A DNA stretch of 63,744 nucleotides, filler included, from Octopus bimaculoides (lineage: Eukaryota), in assembly GCF_001194135.2 (NCBI RefSeq). It is 7 parts of 6 records of this genome, joined end to end, with 100 filler letters (N's around TTAATTAATTAA, not from the genome) between each part and the next. Parts side by side here need not be neighbours in the genome. Positions count along the whole stretch, not along the records: positions 45,619 to 52,048 come from NC_068989.1; positions 52,149 to 62,078 come from NC_069005.1; positions 62,179 to 63,744 come from NC_068984.1; 4 more parts are not named here. One strand, written 5' to 3'. Shown piece after piece: positions 51,684 to 63,744 of the stretch. The notes below the pieces were generated by a model that saw only the letters and a program-made list of their open reading frames with translations, searched no databases and was not told where the DNA came from. Made by a program: the position numbers and the translations under genes. Numbering within the stretch: the first letter of the stretch is position 1; every line of letters starts with the position of its first letter.

Positions 51684-52048
51684 TCTTCCTTTGTACGGCC
51701 ACACCTCAAATACTGCTGTCCCTTGTAGTCTCTCCATACAAAAGAAAACATCTCGAGGATTGAATCACCCCAGAGGTCACTCACTAAACGAATTGGAGGC
51801 ATGACTGATCTTGATTACTGGGACCGCCTTAAAGCCTTGAAACTCTACTCTCTCCAGCGCCGCCGCGAGCGGTACATCATTTGGAAAATATACCGCCAGC
51901 ATTGCCCAAACGACCTGAACATTAGTTTCAAGGTTCATCCAAGGCTGGGACCACGGGCCATACGTCCCCTACCCAATTCAGAATCACAACATATAGGTAC
52001 ACTGCAGCATAATTTCTTTTCCTCAACAAGACCTGCCCTGTTTAACAT
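51684..52048 (+). mobile_element. CR1-clade LINE ORF2 C-terminal fragment
   Basis: RPHLKYCCPL...IESPQRSLTKRIGGMTDLDYWDRLKALKLYSLQRRRERYIIWKI is a typical CR1 post-RT motif. Confidence 0.85.
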
Positions 52049-52148
52049 NNNNNNNNNNNNNNNNNNNNNNNNNNNNNNNNNNNNNNNNNNNNTTAATTAA
52101 TTAANNNNNNNNNNNNNNNNNNNNNNNNNNNNNNNNNNNNNNNNNNNN
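52049..52148. other. Synthetic contig-joining spacer
   Basis: 44 N + TTAATTAATTAA (52093-52104) + 44 N. Confidence 0.97.
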
Positions 52149-52182
52149 GTGAAAGCACGTTATAAAAATAAAACTACTGAAC

Positions 52183-52184
<2 letters not shown>
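52149..52184 (+). mobile_element. 3' terminus of an R4/Dong-type element at the contig start
   Basis: Identical to the 3' end at ~48209-48242, again followed by (AAT)n. Confidence 0.75.
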
Positions 52185-52215
<31 letters not shown>

Positions 52216-53491
52216 CCATTCTATTATAGGCACAACGCCTGAAATTTCAGCAGAGGGGTCTAGTCAATCACTTCAACCCCAGTGTTTCATTAGTACTTAA
52301 TTTATCAACCCTGAAAGGACGAGAGGCAATGTTGACCTTAGCAGAATTTGACCTCAGGACGTGAAAACGGATGAAATAATGCTAAGCATTTCACCCTGTG
52401 TGCTAATAATTCTGCCAGCTTGCTGCCTTGAATAATGATAATAATAATAATCCTTTCTACTATAGGCACAAGGCGTGAAAGTTGGGAGAGGGGATAGTCA
52501 ATCAGATCAGCCCCAGTACACAACTGGTACTTATTTTATCAACCCCGAAAGGATGAAAGGTAAAGTCAATGTCAGCAGAATAATAATAATCATTTTACTT
52601 TTGGTCATCTTGGGAAATACATGAATGTTACAGCTTCCCCCTTCATTCCCTTATAAAAATGTATATGTTTATGGTAGATGCTGGTAGTCTGTGACTCTCT
52701 AAAGAACTTTGACTTATTGTTCAGCAGCAGATCACCTCTAACCAACCAAATCAATATTTGTATTATAAGACAATCCAGCTGTGACCATTCCATCTTCCTA
52801 GGACTACATCATCAAATGTGTCCTTTTGCATCTAAGCTGTAGGGCGTGATTTGAAGGAGATGGTTTGGCTGCTATTTCTAGCAGAGCAGGCAACCATGTG
52901 GTGGTTCCCTCATCAACTCAGAAGTTTACTATTTAATGCTGATTCATTCTTTTCTTTCTTTTTCTTTCTTTCCCTCCCTCCNNNNNNNNNNNNNNNNNNN
53001 NNNNNNNNNNNNNNNNNNNNNNNNNNNNNNNNNNNNNNNNNNNNNNNNNNNNNNNNNNNNNNNNNNNNNNNNNNNNNNNNNNNNNNNNNNNNNNNNNNNN
53101 NNNNNNNNNNNNNNNNNNNNNNNNNNNNNNNNNNNNNNNNNNNNNNNNNNNNNNNNNNNNNNNNNNNNNNNNNNNNNNNNNNNNNNNNNNNNNNNNNNNN
53201 NNNNNNNNNNNNNNNNNNNNNNNNNNNNNNNNNNNNNNNNNNNNNNNNNNNNNNNNNNNNNNNNNNNNNNNNNNNNNNNNNNNNNNNNNNNNNNNNNNNN
53301 NNNNNNNNNNNNNNNNNNNNNNNNNNNNNNNNNNNNNNNNNNNNNNNNNNNNNNNNNNNNNNNNNNNNNNNNNNNNNNNNNNNNNNNNNNNNNNNNNNNN
53401 NNNNNNNNNNNNNNNNNNNNNNNNNNNNNNNNNNNNNNNNNNNNNNNNNNNNNNNNNNNNNNNNNNNNNNCAAAAAAAAAGACCAGCAGAA

Positions 53492-53565
53492 TCGTGGCTA
53501 GCTCTGTCAGTAGAGTATGAGACTGTTAATCTCAGGGTTGTAGGTTCGAGTCCCCATGTTGGATG
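53492..53565 (+). pseudogene. tRNA-Lys(CTT)-derived pseudogene; anticodon now reads GTT
   Basis: GGCTAGCTCTGTCAGTAGAGTATGAGACTGTTAATCTCAGGGTTGTAGGTTCGAGTCCCCATGTTGG is colinear with eukaryotic tRNA-Lys-CTT; the acceptor stem and D arm carry mismatches. Confidence 0.72.
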
Positions 53566-55509
53566 AACATTTTTATAGGTGCAGATGTGTCTGTGGGGTA
53601 AGAAGTTTACTTCCCAACCACATATGGTTCTGGATTCAGTTCCACTGCGTGGCACCTTGGGCAAGTGTCTTCTACTATAGCCTCAGGCCGACCAAGGCAT
53701 TTTGAGTGGATTTGGTAGATAGAAACTGAAAGAAGCCTCTGTGTGTGTGTGTGTGTGTTTGTGTGTGCTTATGCATGTGGGTCTTTGTTTGTCTCCCACC
53801 ACCACTTCATAACCAGTGTTGGTGTGTTTGCATCTCCATAACTAAGTGGTTCAGTAAAAGGGGGCCGATAGAATAAGTATCAGGCTTAAAAAGAAAATAA
53901 GTACTGGGGTTGATTCGTCTGATTAAAATGCCTCAAGGTGGTTGTACTCCAGCATGGCCACATTCTAATGACTGAAATAAGTAAAAGATAAAAGATAATT
54001 AAAAACAAACAAATAAAAACAAAACCAGAAGAAACTTCATTTCACCCCCTGATCCCTTTGCCCTTAACCAGTTTTAGCCAGCACTCTGGAGCGTTTGGTC
54101 AGAGTTCTCTGTGAGTTGTGTGTCCAGCAGAGCACTCAAGGTTTTGTTTATTTATTTTCTTGTTTGGACATGTGCAGTATCTATAAATATACAATTTTCT
54201 TTTTAATTGATTAATCCCAGTGTAGTCATCAGTCACTTATTTGATAAATTTATGGAACACATTGGCGCAGGCCTGGCTGTGTAGTTAAGAAGTCTGCTTT
54301 CCAACCACATGGTTCTGGGTTCAATCCCACTGTGTGACACCTCGGGCAAGTGCCTTCTACTACAGCCTCCAACTGACCAAAGCCTTATGAGTAGATTTTG
54401 TAGATGGAAACAGAAAGAAGCCCATCATATATGTTTGTGTGTGTTTGTGTTTGTCAATCATCACTGCTTGACAACCAGTATTGGTATGTTTACATCCCTA
54501 TAACTCAGTGGTTTGGCAACAGAGACCAATAGAATAAGTACCAGACTTTAAAAAAAACAAATTTTAGGGTCAATTTATTTGACTTAAAAAATTGCCAAAA
54601 TGGCCACAATCTAATGACTGAAACAGGTAAAAGAAAAAAAAAAATAAAGAAAATAAATAATAAATAGGTAAAGGATGGACTCTCCCATCGAAGACAACGT
54701 ATGAGCGTTCAGCTTTTGCCAAACGACCAGCACAAATGATTTGTTTTATAGTGACCAAATCTATGTGCTGTCCATTAGCTCCATCAAATCGAGGTTGTCT
54801 GAACAGGTGCTTGTTATGCCACATGTCAGGTGTCAAAATGATTGCAGAGCTATGTGAAATAAAGTGTTTTGCTCAAGAACACAGTGCACCACCTAGTCTA
54901 GGAATTGAAACCATAATTTCACGATTGAATGCAACACACTGACCACTAAGCCATGTGCCCTCATAAATGAATAATAATAATAATAATGATAATTGTCATC
55001 ATCATCATTGCCATTGTCCTTGTTGTCATCATTGTTTTAACATCTGCCTTACCATGCTTGTCATGTCCTGGATGTGACCTTAAACTGCATCCATTGCTAG
55101 GGCACTGGATTAGGGGTTCCAGGATTTTGAGGAATGTAGCATCACCTCTCAGCTGCTATTGTTCCCTGGTCTTCTGTGACCCAGAATAGTAGGCACCTGT
55201 TAGGGTCCCAGCTAACAAGTCAATCAGGCAGATGGAGTTTGTTAACTGGGAGGAGGAACAACCCATTTAGGGGAAGGAACATCCTGCTGCCTTGTGGCTA
55301 TATCTAGCCATGGGAAGGGCTTTGGGAGTTTACCCTAAAGGCAAAAAAAGGAGTCAGAGCCACTGTCTACAACACTGTTCTCACAACTCCTATGACGATG
55401 CTGGTGCCAAATTGCAATGGCCATACTTTCCCTTTGGATCCATCAGTGATGTGGAGAAGGGATCACTCAGCATGGTGCCACATAAAGAAAAGCACCCAAC
55501 ACACTCTGT

Positions 55510-56500
55510 GAAGTGATTGGCAAGCTGGCAGAATCATTAGTGCATTGGCTCTTTACTTCCAGAGTTCAAATACTGCTGAGATCCTTTGATGCTTTTTATC
55601 CTAGTACTGGGAAGACAGGATTGACTACGCTACCTCTTCTCAGAATTGCTGGCCTTTGTGCTAAATTGTGAAACAAAAGATATCATTATTATTACTAAGG
55701 CAGCAAACTGGTAGAATCGTTAGCATGCCTGGGCAAAATGCTTCACAACATTTTGTCCATCTTTATGATGAGTTCATATTCTGCTGAGGTTGACTTTGCC
55801 TTTCATCCTTTTGGGGTTGATAAAATAAAGTGCTAGTTGAATACTGGGGTCAATGTAATTGACTTAGCCCCTCCCCACAAACTTACTGGTCTTGTGCCAA
55901 AGTTTGAAACCATTATTATTATTATTATTATTAAAGGTGGCTAGCTGGCAGAATCATTAGCACACCGGGCAAAATGCCTAGTGGTATTTCATCCGTCTTC
56001 ACGTTCTGAGTTCAAATACCACCAAGGTTGACTTAATCTTTCATCCTTTTGGGGTCGACAAATTAAGTACCAGTGAAAATCTGAGGGTCCATGTAACCGA
56101 CTATCCCTCTCCCCTAAAATTTCAGGCCTTGTGCCTTTAGTAAAAAGGATTATTAGTATTAAAGTGGTGAGCTGGCAGAATCATTAGCACACCAGGCAAA
56201 ATGCTTAGCGGTATTTTGCCCATTGCTACATTCTGAGTTCAAATTCCACCGTGGTTGACTTTATCTTTCATCCTTTCAGGGTTGATCAATTAAGTACCAG
56301 TGGAACACTGGAGTTGATGTAACTGACTATCCCCCACCCACAAAATTTCAGGCCTTGTGCCTATACTAGAAATGATTATTATTATCATTATTATCATTAA
56401 TCCGAGGTCAACTTTGCCTTTCATCCTTTTGGGGTTGATATAATCAACTATCCTCCTCCCATAAATTTCAAGCCTTGTGCCTATAGTAGAAAGGATTATT
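55510..56500 (+). mobile_element. Head-to-tail array of about five SINE family A copies
   Basis: Repeated head/B-box/core units at ~55524, 55695, 55933, 56160 and 56400, each separated by (ATT)n tails. Confidence 0.85.
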
Positions 56501-57391
56501 ATTATTAATAATATATCCAAGCTGTACAAACTATACACATCATCACTCTGTTAACTTCTATCTGTTTTTCCAAATTCCTCCAGTGGAATTTTGATTTTTG
56601 TTCGATTTTTTTTTTCATTGGGGGTTGAGTTTGTTTATAACATTCAAGAAGAGAATACTTTACAAAATAATATTCTTAGTGCCTTCCCTAATAGCCGAAG
56701 ACGCCCCCTAAATTCTCATATTATTTACATTTTAGCAAGCAATCATCTCACACAGAAGTGCCAAGGATATTGATTTTTTGAGGAAAACTAAAACATTAGG
56801 AGACATCCCTGAGGAATGTGACAGCAAATCTGTCAGAGTTTGTTGCTTGCTAAGATAAGCTGAAAAAAGAAAAAAGAAATGAGGAGAAAATGAGATTTTC
56901 TTTGAATATTTTTCACAGAAATTTTGCAACAACAGCATCACTACCCCATACCCCCAACAACAACAACACAATAATAAAGCTGTAAACACTCTTACCACTA
57001 CCGCCACCACCACCACCAACAACAACAACAATAACAGACATAATATACTAATTTGCAAAAGCAACATCATCAAAGCCAATAGTGATGGATGATAGCTCCC
57101 ATTTCATTATTTTTAATGAAAAGGATTTTCCAGCTCTGCCAGTTTCAAAGGAAAACAACTGCAACAGCAACAACTATAATAATGACAATGAGAATAACAA
57201 CAAAGTGTGTCATTGTCGTCATCATCATCATCATCATTTACGCGTCTGTTTTTCATGTTGGCATGGGTCAGGCAGTTTGAGTGGAACTGGTAAGCCAGAG
57301 AGCTGCACTCCAATCTGTTTTGGCTTGGTTTTCAAGGTTAGATGACCTTTCTGATACCAACTACTCCACAGAGTATACCAGTTGCCATTAA

Positions 57392-57808
57392 TATGTCACT
57401 GGCACAGGTGCCTTTAATACGTCACCAGCACGGGTGCCTTCAACATTCCACTGGCACAAGTGCCTTTAATGTGTCACTGGCATAGGTGCCTTTAACATGT
57501 TACTGGTATGGGTGCCTTCAACATTCCACTGGCACAGGTACCTGGCATAAGTGCTGCTAACATGTTACTGGTATGGGTGCCTCTAACGTGTCACTGGCAT
57601 GGGTGCCTCTAATGTGTTACCGGCATGGGTGCATTTAATGTGTCACTGGCACAGGTGCCTTTAACGTGTGACCAACATGCGTGCCTGTCATGTGTCACCA
57701 GTGCAGGTGCCTCTAACATGTCACTGGTATGAATGTCTTTAATATGTCACCAGCATGGGTGCCTTTAACATGATACCGGCACGGGTGCCTTCACCATGTC
57801 ACTGGCAT
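57392..57808. repeat. 26-bp minisatellite (~16 degenerate units) inside a family C SINE
   Basis: Consensus GTCACTGGCA(C/T)(A/G)GGTGCCTTTAACAT, contiguous units with no spacers. Confidence 0.85.
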
Positions 57809-58849
57809 TGGTCACAACTACAATTTCACTAAACTTGACATGTCTTCTCAGGCACACCAAATCACCAACAGCCTCGGTCAACAACAATGAAAACAGTACT
57901 GTGGCCATTACTTGTATATTTTTACTACAGCAGAATAGTGGAGGAAACAAATCATTTCCTCTACTATTCTGTCAACCAATGAGTGAAGGCACATGGCCTA
58001 GTTGTTAGGGTGTTGCATTTTGAATTGTAAGATTGGGATTTCAATTCCTGAATTAGGCAGTGCATTGTATTCTTGAGCAAAACACTTCATTTCATGTTGC
58101 TCAATTTCACTCATCATCGTCAACATCATCATCGTCAACATCATCATCGTCAACATCATCATCATTTAACATTCATTTTCTATGCTGGCATGGGTTGGAT
58201 GCCTTGACAGGAACTGGCAAGGCTGGAGGTTGCACCGGATTCCATAGTGTTGCACCATAGTCTGTTTTGGCTTGGTTCCTACAGCTAGATACCCTTCCTA
58301 ACACCAACCATTCCACAGAGTGTATTGCATGCATTTTATGTGACACCATCACCACTGCTTTTTTAAGTGGCACTAGCACCAGTGCTTTTTATGTGTCACC
58401 TGTACCCATACCAATGCTTTTTATGTGGGTCCTCGGTTTCTGGATATATGGTTAGTCAGACAGACCACAAATTTATGATTTCATGGTCAACATAAATATG
58501 ACCATTTAGACAGGGACCTAGTTACTAGAAGTTGAAGGCATCATTACTAGTACATGGAAACTACAGGGGCTGGCTTAGCAAATTATTTAGGTGGTAGTTG
58601 ACTGTGGATGGGGTGAGAAATTGTCAACAGCTGGTGGAAGTGCACCTTAAAGAGGATGATTAGATCAAAATAGAGAGTATTTAGTAAATAGGAGTAGGTG
58701 GGGCTAGTTAATAATCTAAAAGGGGTAATTAGTAAAGGGATCACAACTAGTGGTGAAAATATCTCTGAACTATTTCTCCAATGTGAGACACAAAGGCTGT
58801 ATTGTAACAGCTAGGGCTCATGTGCTAAAACATGAGGCAAAATTCTGCC

Positions 58850-59450
58850 TGTGGTCTCTGTTTGTAAGGCACATCTTTCTGCAATTCATCTCTTTCATAG
58901 AGCTGCAATTTGTGTCAAGAAAAGACCAAGATTTGGGCACTTGGCTTCTGGAATGTCTTCAGGCACTCACCACTTTCTAGTAGTTGGGTAGTGTGGCTGG
59001 TGGACGTACCACATAAGCAATATAGAAAGGACTATTGGTGGGAAAGAATGATGACTTTCTCAGGGAAATTCTAGGTATCATTTGGAAACTCTGGGCATCA
59101 GTCGCTGGTCTATTCTGGAGGACTTTCAGGCCAGAAACTGCTGTGGATAACTTCCAGAAATTGTTAATCTGACAGTGCTACCAAAGGGCACTGCCATGTT
59201 CCATCAGCCAAGACAGCCTAAGATGTGTGCAGGTTAACAAAACTGTCTCTGCACATTCTTTCAGTATCTGAGTATTGCTGATTTGTGGATTTATGTCAAA
59301 CACTGTTGTTGCATGCAGAACAGATCCTGCTGTTAGCTGTGTTATGGATGAGATTGAAATGATTGATGACAGACACTTTCCTTTTTGGTCAAGTCCTTAC
59401 CAACTTTTTCAAGTTCCACTTGGAAAGGAAGATGTGAGTTGAAAGGAAAG
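58850..59450 (-). mobile_element. Degenerate RTE-like LINE remnant, same family as 14705-15240
   Basis: KCLSSIIS...QFLEVIHS...TQLLESGE fragments in order; nucleotide blocks shared with 14950-15230. Confidence 0.45.
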
Positions 59451-59520
59451 TGTTCCTCCAGTGAATTCGTCAAAAGGTGGCTGGCTGTGGTGAAAATGGT
59501 TTGAAAAGAACTGCTGCAAC

Positions 59521-59940
59521 TCTTTAGTATTCAGATTATTTTATCAAATGTAATGCTTATTTATTCACATTGTTTTGAATTTATCCTGCATTATCTTGTA
59601 GTTTTAAGATTTCAATTATGTGACTTTATTTTATAGGCTAGGTTTAAGAGGCTGGATCTGGCCAATTTGAAGATAAAACAAGAAGAATATTTTGGCCAGA
59701 TAAAGCCAGTTTAATCCTTCAGCATTCAGATTATTCTACCAAATGTAATACTTATTTATTCACTTTCATTCAAATTTATCCTGCATTATCTTGTAGCCTT
59801 GAGATTTCAATTATGTGACTGTATATTTTTGAGACTAACATTGGAGGGTAGGTGTGAGAGGATGCATCTGGCCAAGTTGAACATAAAACAGAAAGAATAT
59901 TTTGGCTGAATATGGCTGGTTTTAAATGCTAGAGGGTTAA
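59521..59940 (+). mobile_element. Two tandem piggyBac-like MITE copies
   Basis: The second copy starts TTAATCCTTCAGCATTC (59711) and ends AAATGCTAGAGGG-TTAA (59940). Confidence 0.7.
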
Positions 59941-60279
59941 GCATATGCCAGTAGGCTAGAGAACAACTTGTCCTTGGAGGTAAGAGTGACCTTGGATCTC
60001 TACATCTACATACAAAGTTCTTCCTCCTCAATCTGTCTGTCAAACAAGTTGCATTTCTTGTACATCCATTGCTTACATTGGAGACCACAAAAAATTCCTG
60101 CTTATGTATTTTCTGCATATCAAGCAAAGCCATTTCCGGTATAACAGTGAAGTTCTGTATTCTTTCATGCTAATTAATACTTTGTTAGGTTTATTTCTGG
60201 ACTTAACTTATCCCCCAACCTTTTGATTGATTTGAGTATGTAAAATACGTCATTGGTATACATGAGTTCTCACAAGCAA

Positions 60280-60482
60280 ACAAGAGAGTGTTCAGGCTTA
60301 AACCCTACTGGAAATCTACTTGTATCCTCATATACTCAATTCCTTACTGAATTTGTTGCTGACTTTCTCACACTCTTCTACATGATTTGCATATCTCTAA
60401 CAATCCACCCAGATACACCCAGTTTTCTTAGCAAACACCAGACTGCAGTCTATGAACTGTATCAAATGTCTTTTCCAGGTCA
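60280..60482 (-). mobile_element. RTE-clade RT fragment
   Basis: LEKTFDTVH...LRKLGVSGWIVR...ELMYTND aligns by eye to RTE DLEKAFDRVP...LRKLG..EWLVR...ELLYADD. Confidence 0.6.
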
Positions 60483-61177
60483 ATAATCGCTTGCCTCTCA
60501 CTTTAACTTTCATCTTTTACTTGTTTCAGTCATTAGACTGCGACCATGCTAGAGCACCATCTTCAAGAATTTTTAGTCAAATGAATTGACCTCAGTACTT
60601 AGTTTTTAAGTCTTTTTTCTTTAAGAGATTCTATTGATAGCTTTTGCCGAACCACTAAGTTACAGGGACATAAATACACAAAACCAGTGGTAGTGGGGAC
60701 GAACACACATAAACACACACACATACACACACACATATATATATATGACAAGCTTCCTTTAGTTTCCATCTACAAATCCACTCACAAGGCTTTGGTCAGA
60801 CTGAGGCTATAGTAAAAGACACTTGTCCAAGGTGCCATGCAGTGGGATTGAACCCAGAACCATGTGGTTAGGAAGCAAATTTCCTACCACACAGCCATGC
60901 CTGTGCCTATATATTTAGTACTGCATTTCAAAGGAGAGTACATCCTATTTGGATACTGAGTTCTATAATTAAAGGAGCACATCATTACTTTTGTTTAAAA
61001 CCCACTTTTTCATGCTTGCATGGGCCTGAAGGAATTTGTTTGAGGTAGATTTTCTACAGCTAGATATCCTTCCTGTTACCAATCCTTATTTCCCCATGGC
61101 CAGACATGTTTTCATGGAAGATTGAAAACTGCTTGTCTGATGGTTGTGCTGATTTATGAGTATCACATTATCTCAAG

Positions 61178-61216
<39 letters not shown>

Positions 61217-62078
61217 GACTTCTTTCAGTTTCCATCTACCAAATCCACTCACAAATATTTCCTACCATAGCCCCAGGGAAACACTTACCCTAGGTGTCAT
61301 GTTCTAGGATTGAACCTTAGACCACATGGTTACCTGCACCTACTCATATTTGGTTATTTAGTTCCAAATTGAAACAAATACATCTCTCTTATTTGTAATA
61401 AGAAGCACAGGCACTTTCATATACATGTATACACACGACAGGAACTTCCGCCTCCCAAATTCAATCGCAAGGCTTTGGTCAACCCATCAATATCTTAATT
61501 TTTAGTTCTTTATTTGAAGTAAAACATGATATATGGATACTGAGTTCTACATTTAAACAAGCACATGATATTTGAATATCTAGTAATGCATTTAAATGAA
61601 CACATATCTGAATGCTTAGTTTTGTATTTAAAGGAATGTGTCATATGTATAGGTGCAGCTGTGGCTGTGTGGTAAGAAGATTGCACATGGTTCTGGGTTC
61701 AATCCCACTGTGCCGACCAAAGCCTTGCGAGTGGATTTGGTAGATGGAAACTGAAAAAAGCCTGTTGTGTGTGTGTGCATATATATATATGTAATTGAAC
61801 CAAATTCGATGACTGGCACCTGTGCCAGTGGAGCGCTAACAGCACCATCCAAGCATGATCATTGCCAGAACAGCTGTTTGGCTTCTGGGCTGGTGGCCCG
61901 TAAATAGCACCATTTGAGCATGATCATTACCAGCGTCACCTTACTGGCACTTGTGCCGGTGGCACGTGAAAAAACATTTGAGCGAGGCCATTGCCAGTGC
62001 CACTGGACTGACTCCTGTGCAGGTGACACGTAAAAAACACTATTTTGAGCATGGCCATTGCCAGTACTGCCTGACTGG

Positions 62079-62178
62079 NNNNNNNNNNNNNNNNNNNNNN
62101 NNNNNNNNNNNNNNNNNNNNNNTTAATTAATTAANNNNNNNNNNNNNNNNNNNNNNNNNNNNNNNNNNNNNNNNNNNN
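62079..62178. other. Synthetic contig-joining spacer
   Basis: 44 N + TTAATTAATTAA (62123-62134) + 44 N. Confidence 0.97.
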
Positions 62179-62550
62179 ATATTCCTCTTTTACCTCTTTT
62201 ACTTGTTTCAGTCATTTGACTGTGGCCATGCTGGAGCACCGCCTTTAGTCGAGCAAATCGACCCCAGGACTTATTCTTTGTAAGCCTAGTACTTATTCTA
62301 TCGTTCTCTTTTGCCAAACCGCTAAGTTACGGGGACGTAAACACACCACCATCGGTTGTCAAGCGATGTTGGGGGGACAAACACAGACACACATACATAT
62401 ATACATATATACGACAGGCTTCTTTCAGTTTCCGTCTACCAAATCCACTCACAAGGCTTTGGTTGGCCCGAGGCTATTAGTAGAAGACACTTGCCCAAGG
62501 TGCCACGCAGTGGGACTGAACCCGGAACCATGTAGTTGTTAAGCAAGCTA

Positions 62551-63035
62551 CTTTATTTCATATTTGCCATAAGGCAATACATACTAAATGCAAGAATTTT
62601 CTACCTACATCTGTCCTAATATTAAGGGAGAAGAGGGTGACATACCATAAAACTTTCCGAGACCTATTGTTACTAGATGATAGATGAGGTGGTGGGTTGT
62701 AAAAGATTTTATCAGTAAAGCTGCTATCCTGTAAAGCCTTATTATTATATGGGGCAGCCTTTTCGAATATTTCTTTGGCAGAAGAAAGGTATGTGATCCT
62801 ACAGCTAATATCTGGAATTAAAATTTTAGATACAATTGGTGGGCGACAGGAGAGTTTATCAATGTATTTAAAGTTCTCATTAGGTTTGTAGAAAGGCTTA
62901 TGTTAATCAGTTCTCGCTAGGTTGGTATCGATAGATGTTTTAAGTCTTAAAAAGCTGAAGGTACAAATTAATTGTTTTCTAAAGGAATCCATGCCATGGA
63001 TATCACAGCCGTGATACTGCTAAAGCATCGTTGCA
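62551..63035 (-). mobile_element. Penelope-like element (PLE) RT C-terminal remnant
   Basis: Near-continuous reading HKPFYKPNENFKYIDKLSCRPPIVSKILIPDISCRITYLSSAKEIFEKAAPY..KALQDSSF...NNRSRKVLWYVT..SLNIRTDVGRKFLHL, typical of PLE ORFs. Confidence 0.75.
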
Positions 63036-63358
63036 GTATATACCGATGCTAGTGTGCGCGCGCGTATATATGTATATATGTGTGTGTGTGCATGCACATA
63101 CATACACATACTGAGAGACCTGTACGCACGCACACACGCACGCACACACATACACACACATACACACACAGCTATGCATGTTGTATATACATGCATGTGT
63201 TTACTTGAAGAAATAAATATAATCGACTGTAATATATTTAATGATATAGTGATTAAGCATAATGCCGCGAAGTTTCATATTCAAGGGCGTTAGATATTCA
63301 CCAGACAATAAAAACTCAGCCCTTCACCCGAGTTTTAGTGATACGACTAATTTATAGA

Positions 63359-63744
63359 ATACTAGCAGTATAACCCGACCTTGTCCGGGTGTGACTTATT
63401 ATGCCATCTACGATAAGTCTTGCTAGCTGAAAATCAACTAAAAAAGAAAGCCTTACAACGAAAAAAACCCTTATGATGTAAATATGTTCATAATTCAAAA
63501 GACGATGAAATTAATAGGGAAAGTCTGAAGGCTGTTTTGCGTAAAATTATTAAGCATACGTAAATTTCATCCGTGTAATTGGCTATAGAAATGCTTGTGC
63601 AAAACAACTTTTTGCGCTGCCTTGATTATACATAGCAGGGTAATCCCTTTTCACAGGAGCTAGGATGGCAATTTGTGATGAAGCAATTGCTGTCGATCTG
63701 TTGCTAAACAGTTTTGCCAGAATTCTCTATCAGATTGGGCAGAA
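63359..63744 (+). mobile_element. Helitron-like element 5' end
   Basis: ATACTAGCAGTATAACCCGACCTTGTCCGGG resembles ACTAG-N-CCCG..CGGG starts of non-autonomous animal Helitrons; 3' end not in the window. Confidence 0.4.

Noticed and set aside
57392-57808. CRISPR-like regular repeat
   Set aside because: Units are contiguous and degenerate with no unique spacers; the context is eukaryotic with no cas genes.

Overview
This is AT-rich, microsatellite-dense animal genomic DNA. Its SINE/LINE repertoire looks like a coleoid cephalopod such as Octopus (inference; no search run). The window is not one locus. Six identical 100-nt synthetic spacers (44 N + TTAATTAATTAA + 44 N) split it into seven separately assembled pieces: 1-3993, 4094-15941, 16042-32536, 32637-45518, 45619-52048, 52149-62078 and 62179-63744. 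The only host gene I can support is a minus-strand SLC30A9/ZnT9 (cation diffusion facilitator) in piece 3. It has ten recognisable coding exons at 17523-31880, mutually phase-compatible except across one N gap, plus tentative 5' exons; the 3' exons are missing from the piece. The rest is mainly tRNA-derived SINEs of at least four families, R4/Dong-type, CR1, RTE and Penelope-like retroelement remnants, piggyBac-like, hAT-like and Helentron-like MITEs, and simple repeats. Almost all ORFs in the supplied track are microsatellite or N-gap artefacts. The most interesting signal is a minus-strand type I hammerhead ribozyme with a fully intact catalytic core (38532-38584), inside a ~130-nt self-folding cassette set in a TA repeat. 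A second, CpG-decayed hammerhead motif lies in a tRNA-headed element in an SLC30A9 intron (26789-26834). Also notable are a tandem pile-up of R4/Dong elements at (AAT)n repeats and a pair of duplicated short ORFs whose divergence is rich in synonymous changes.
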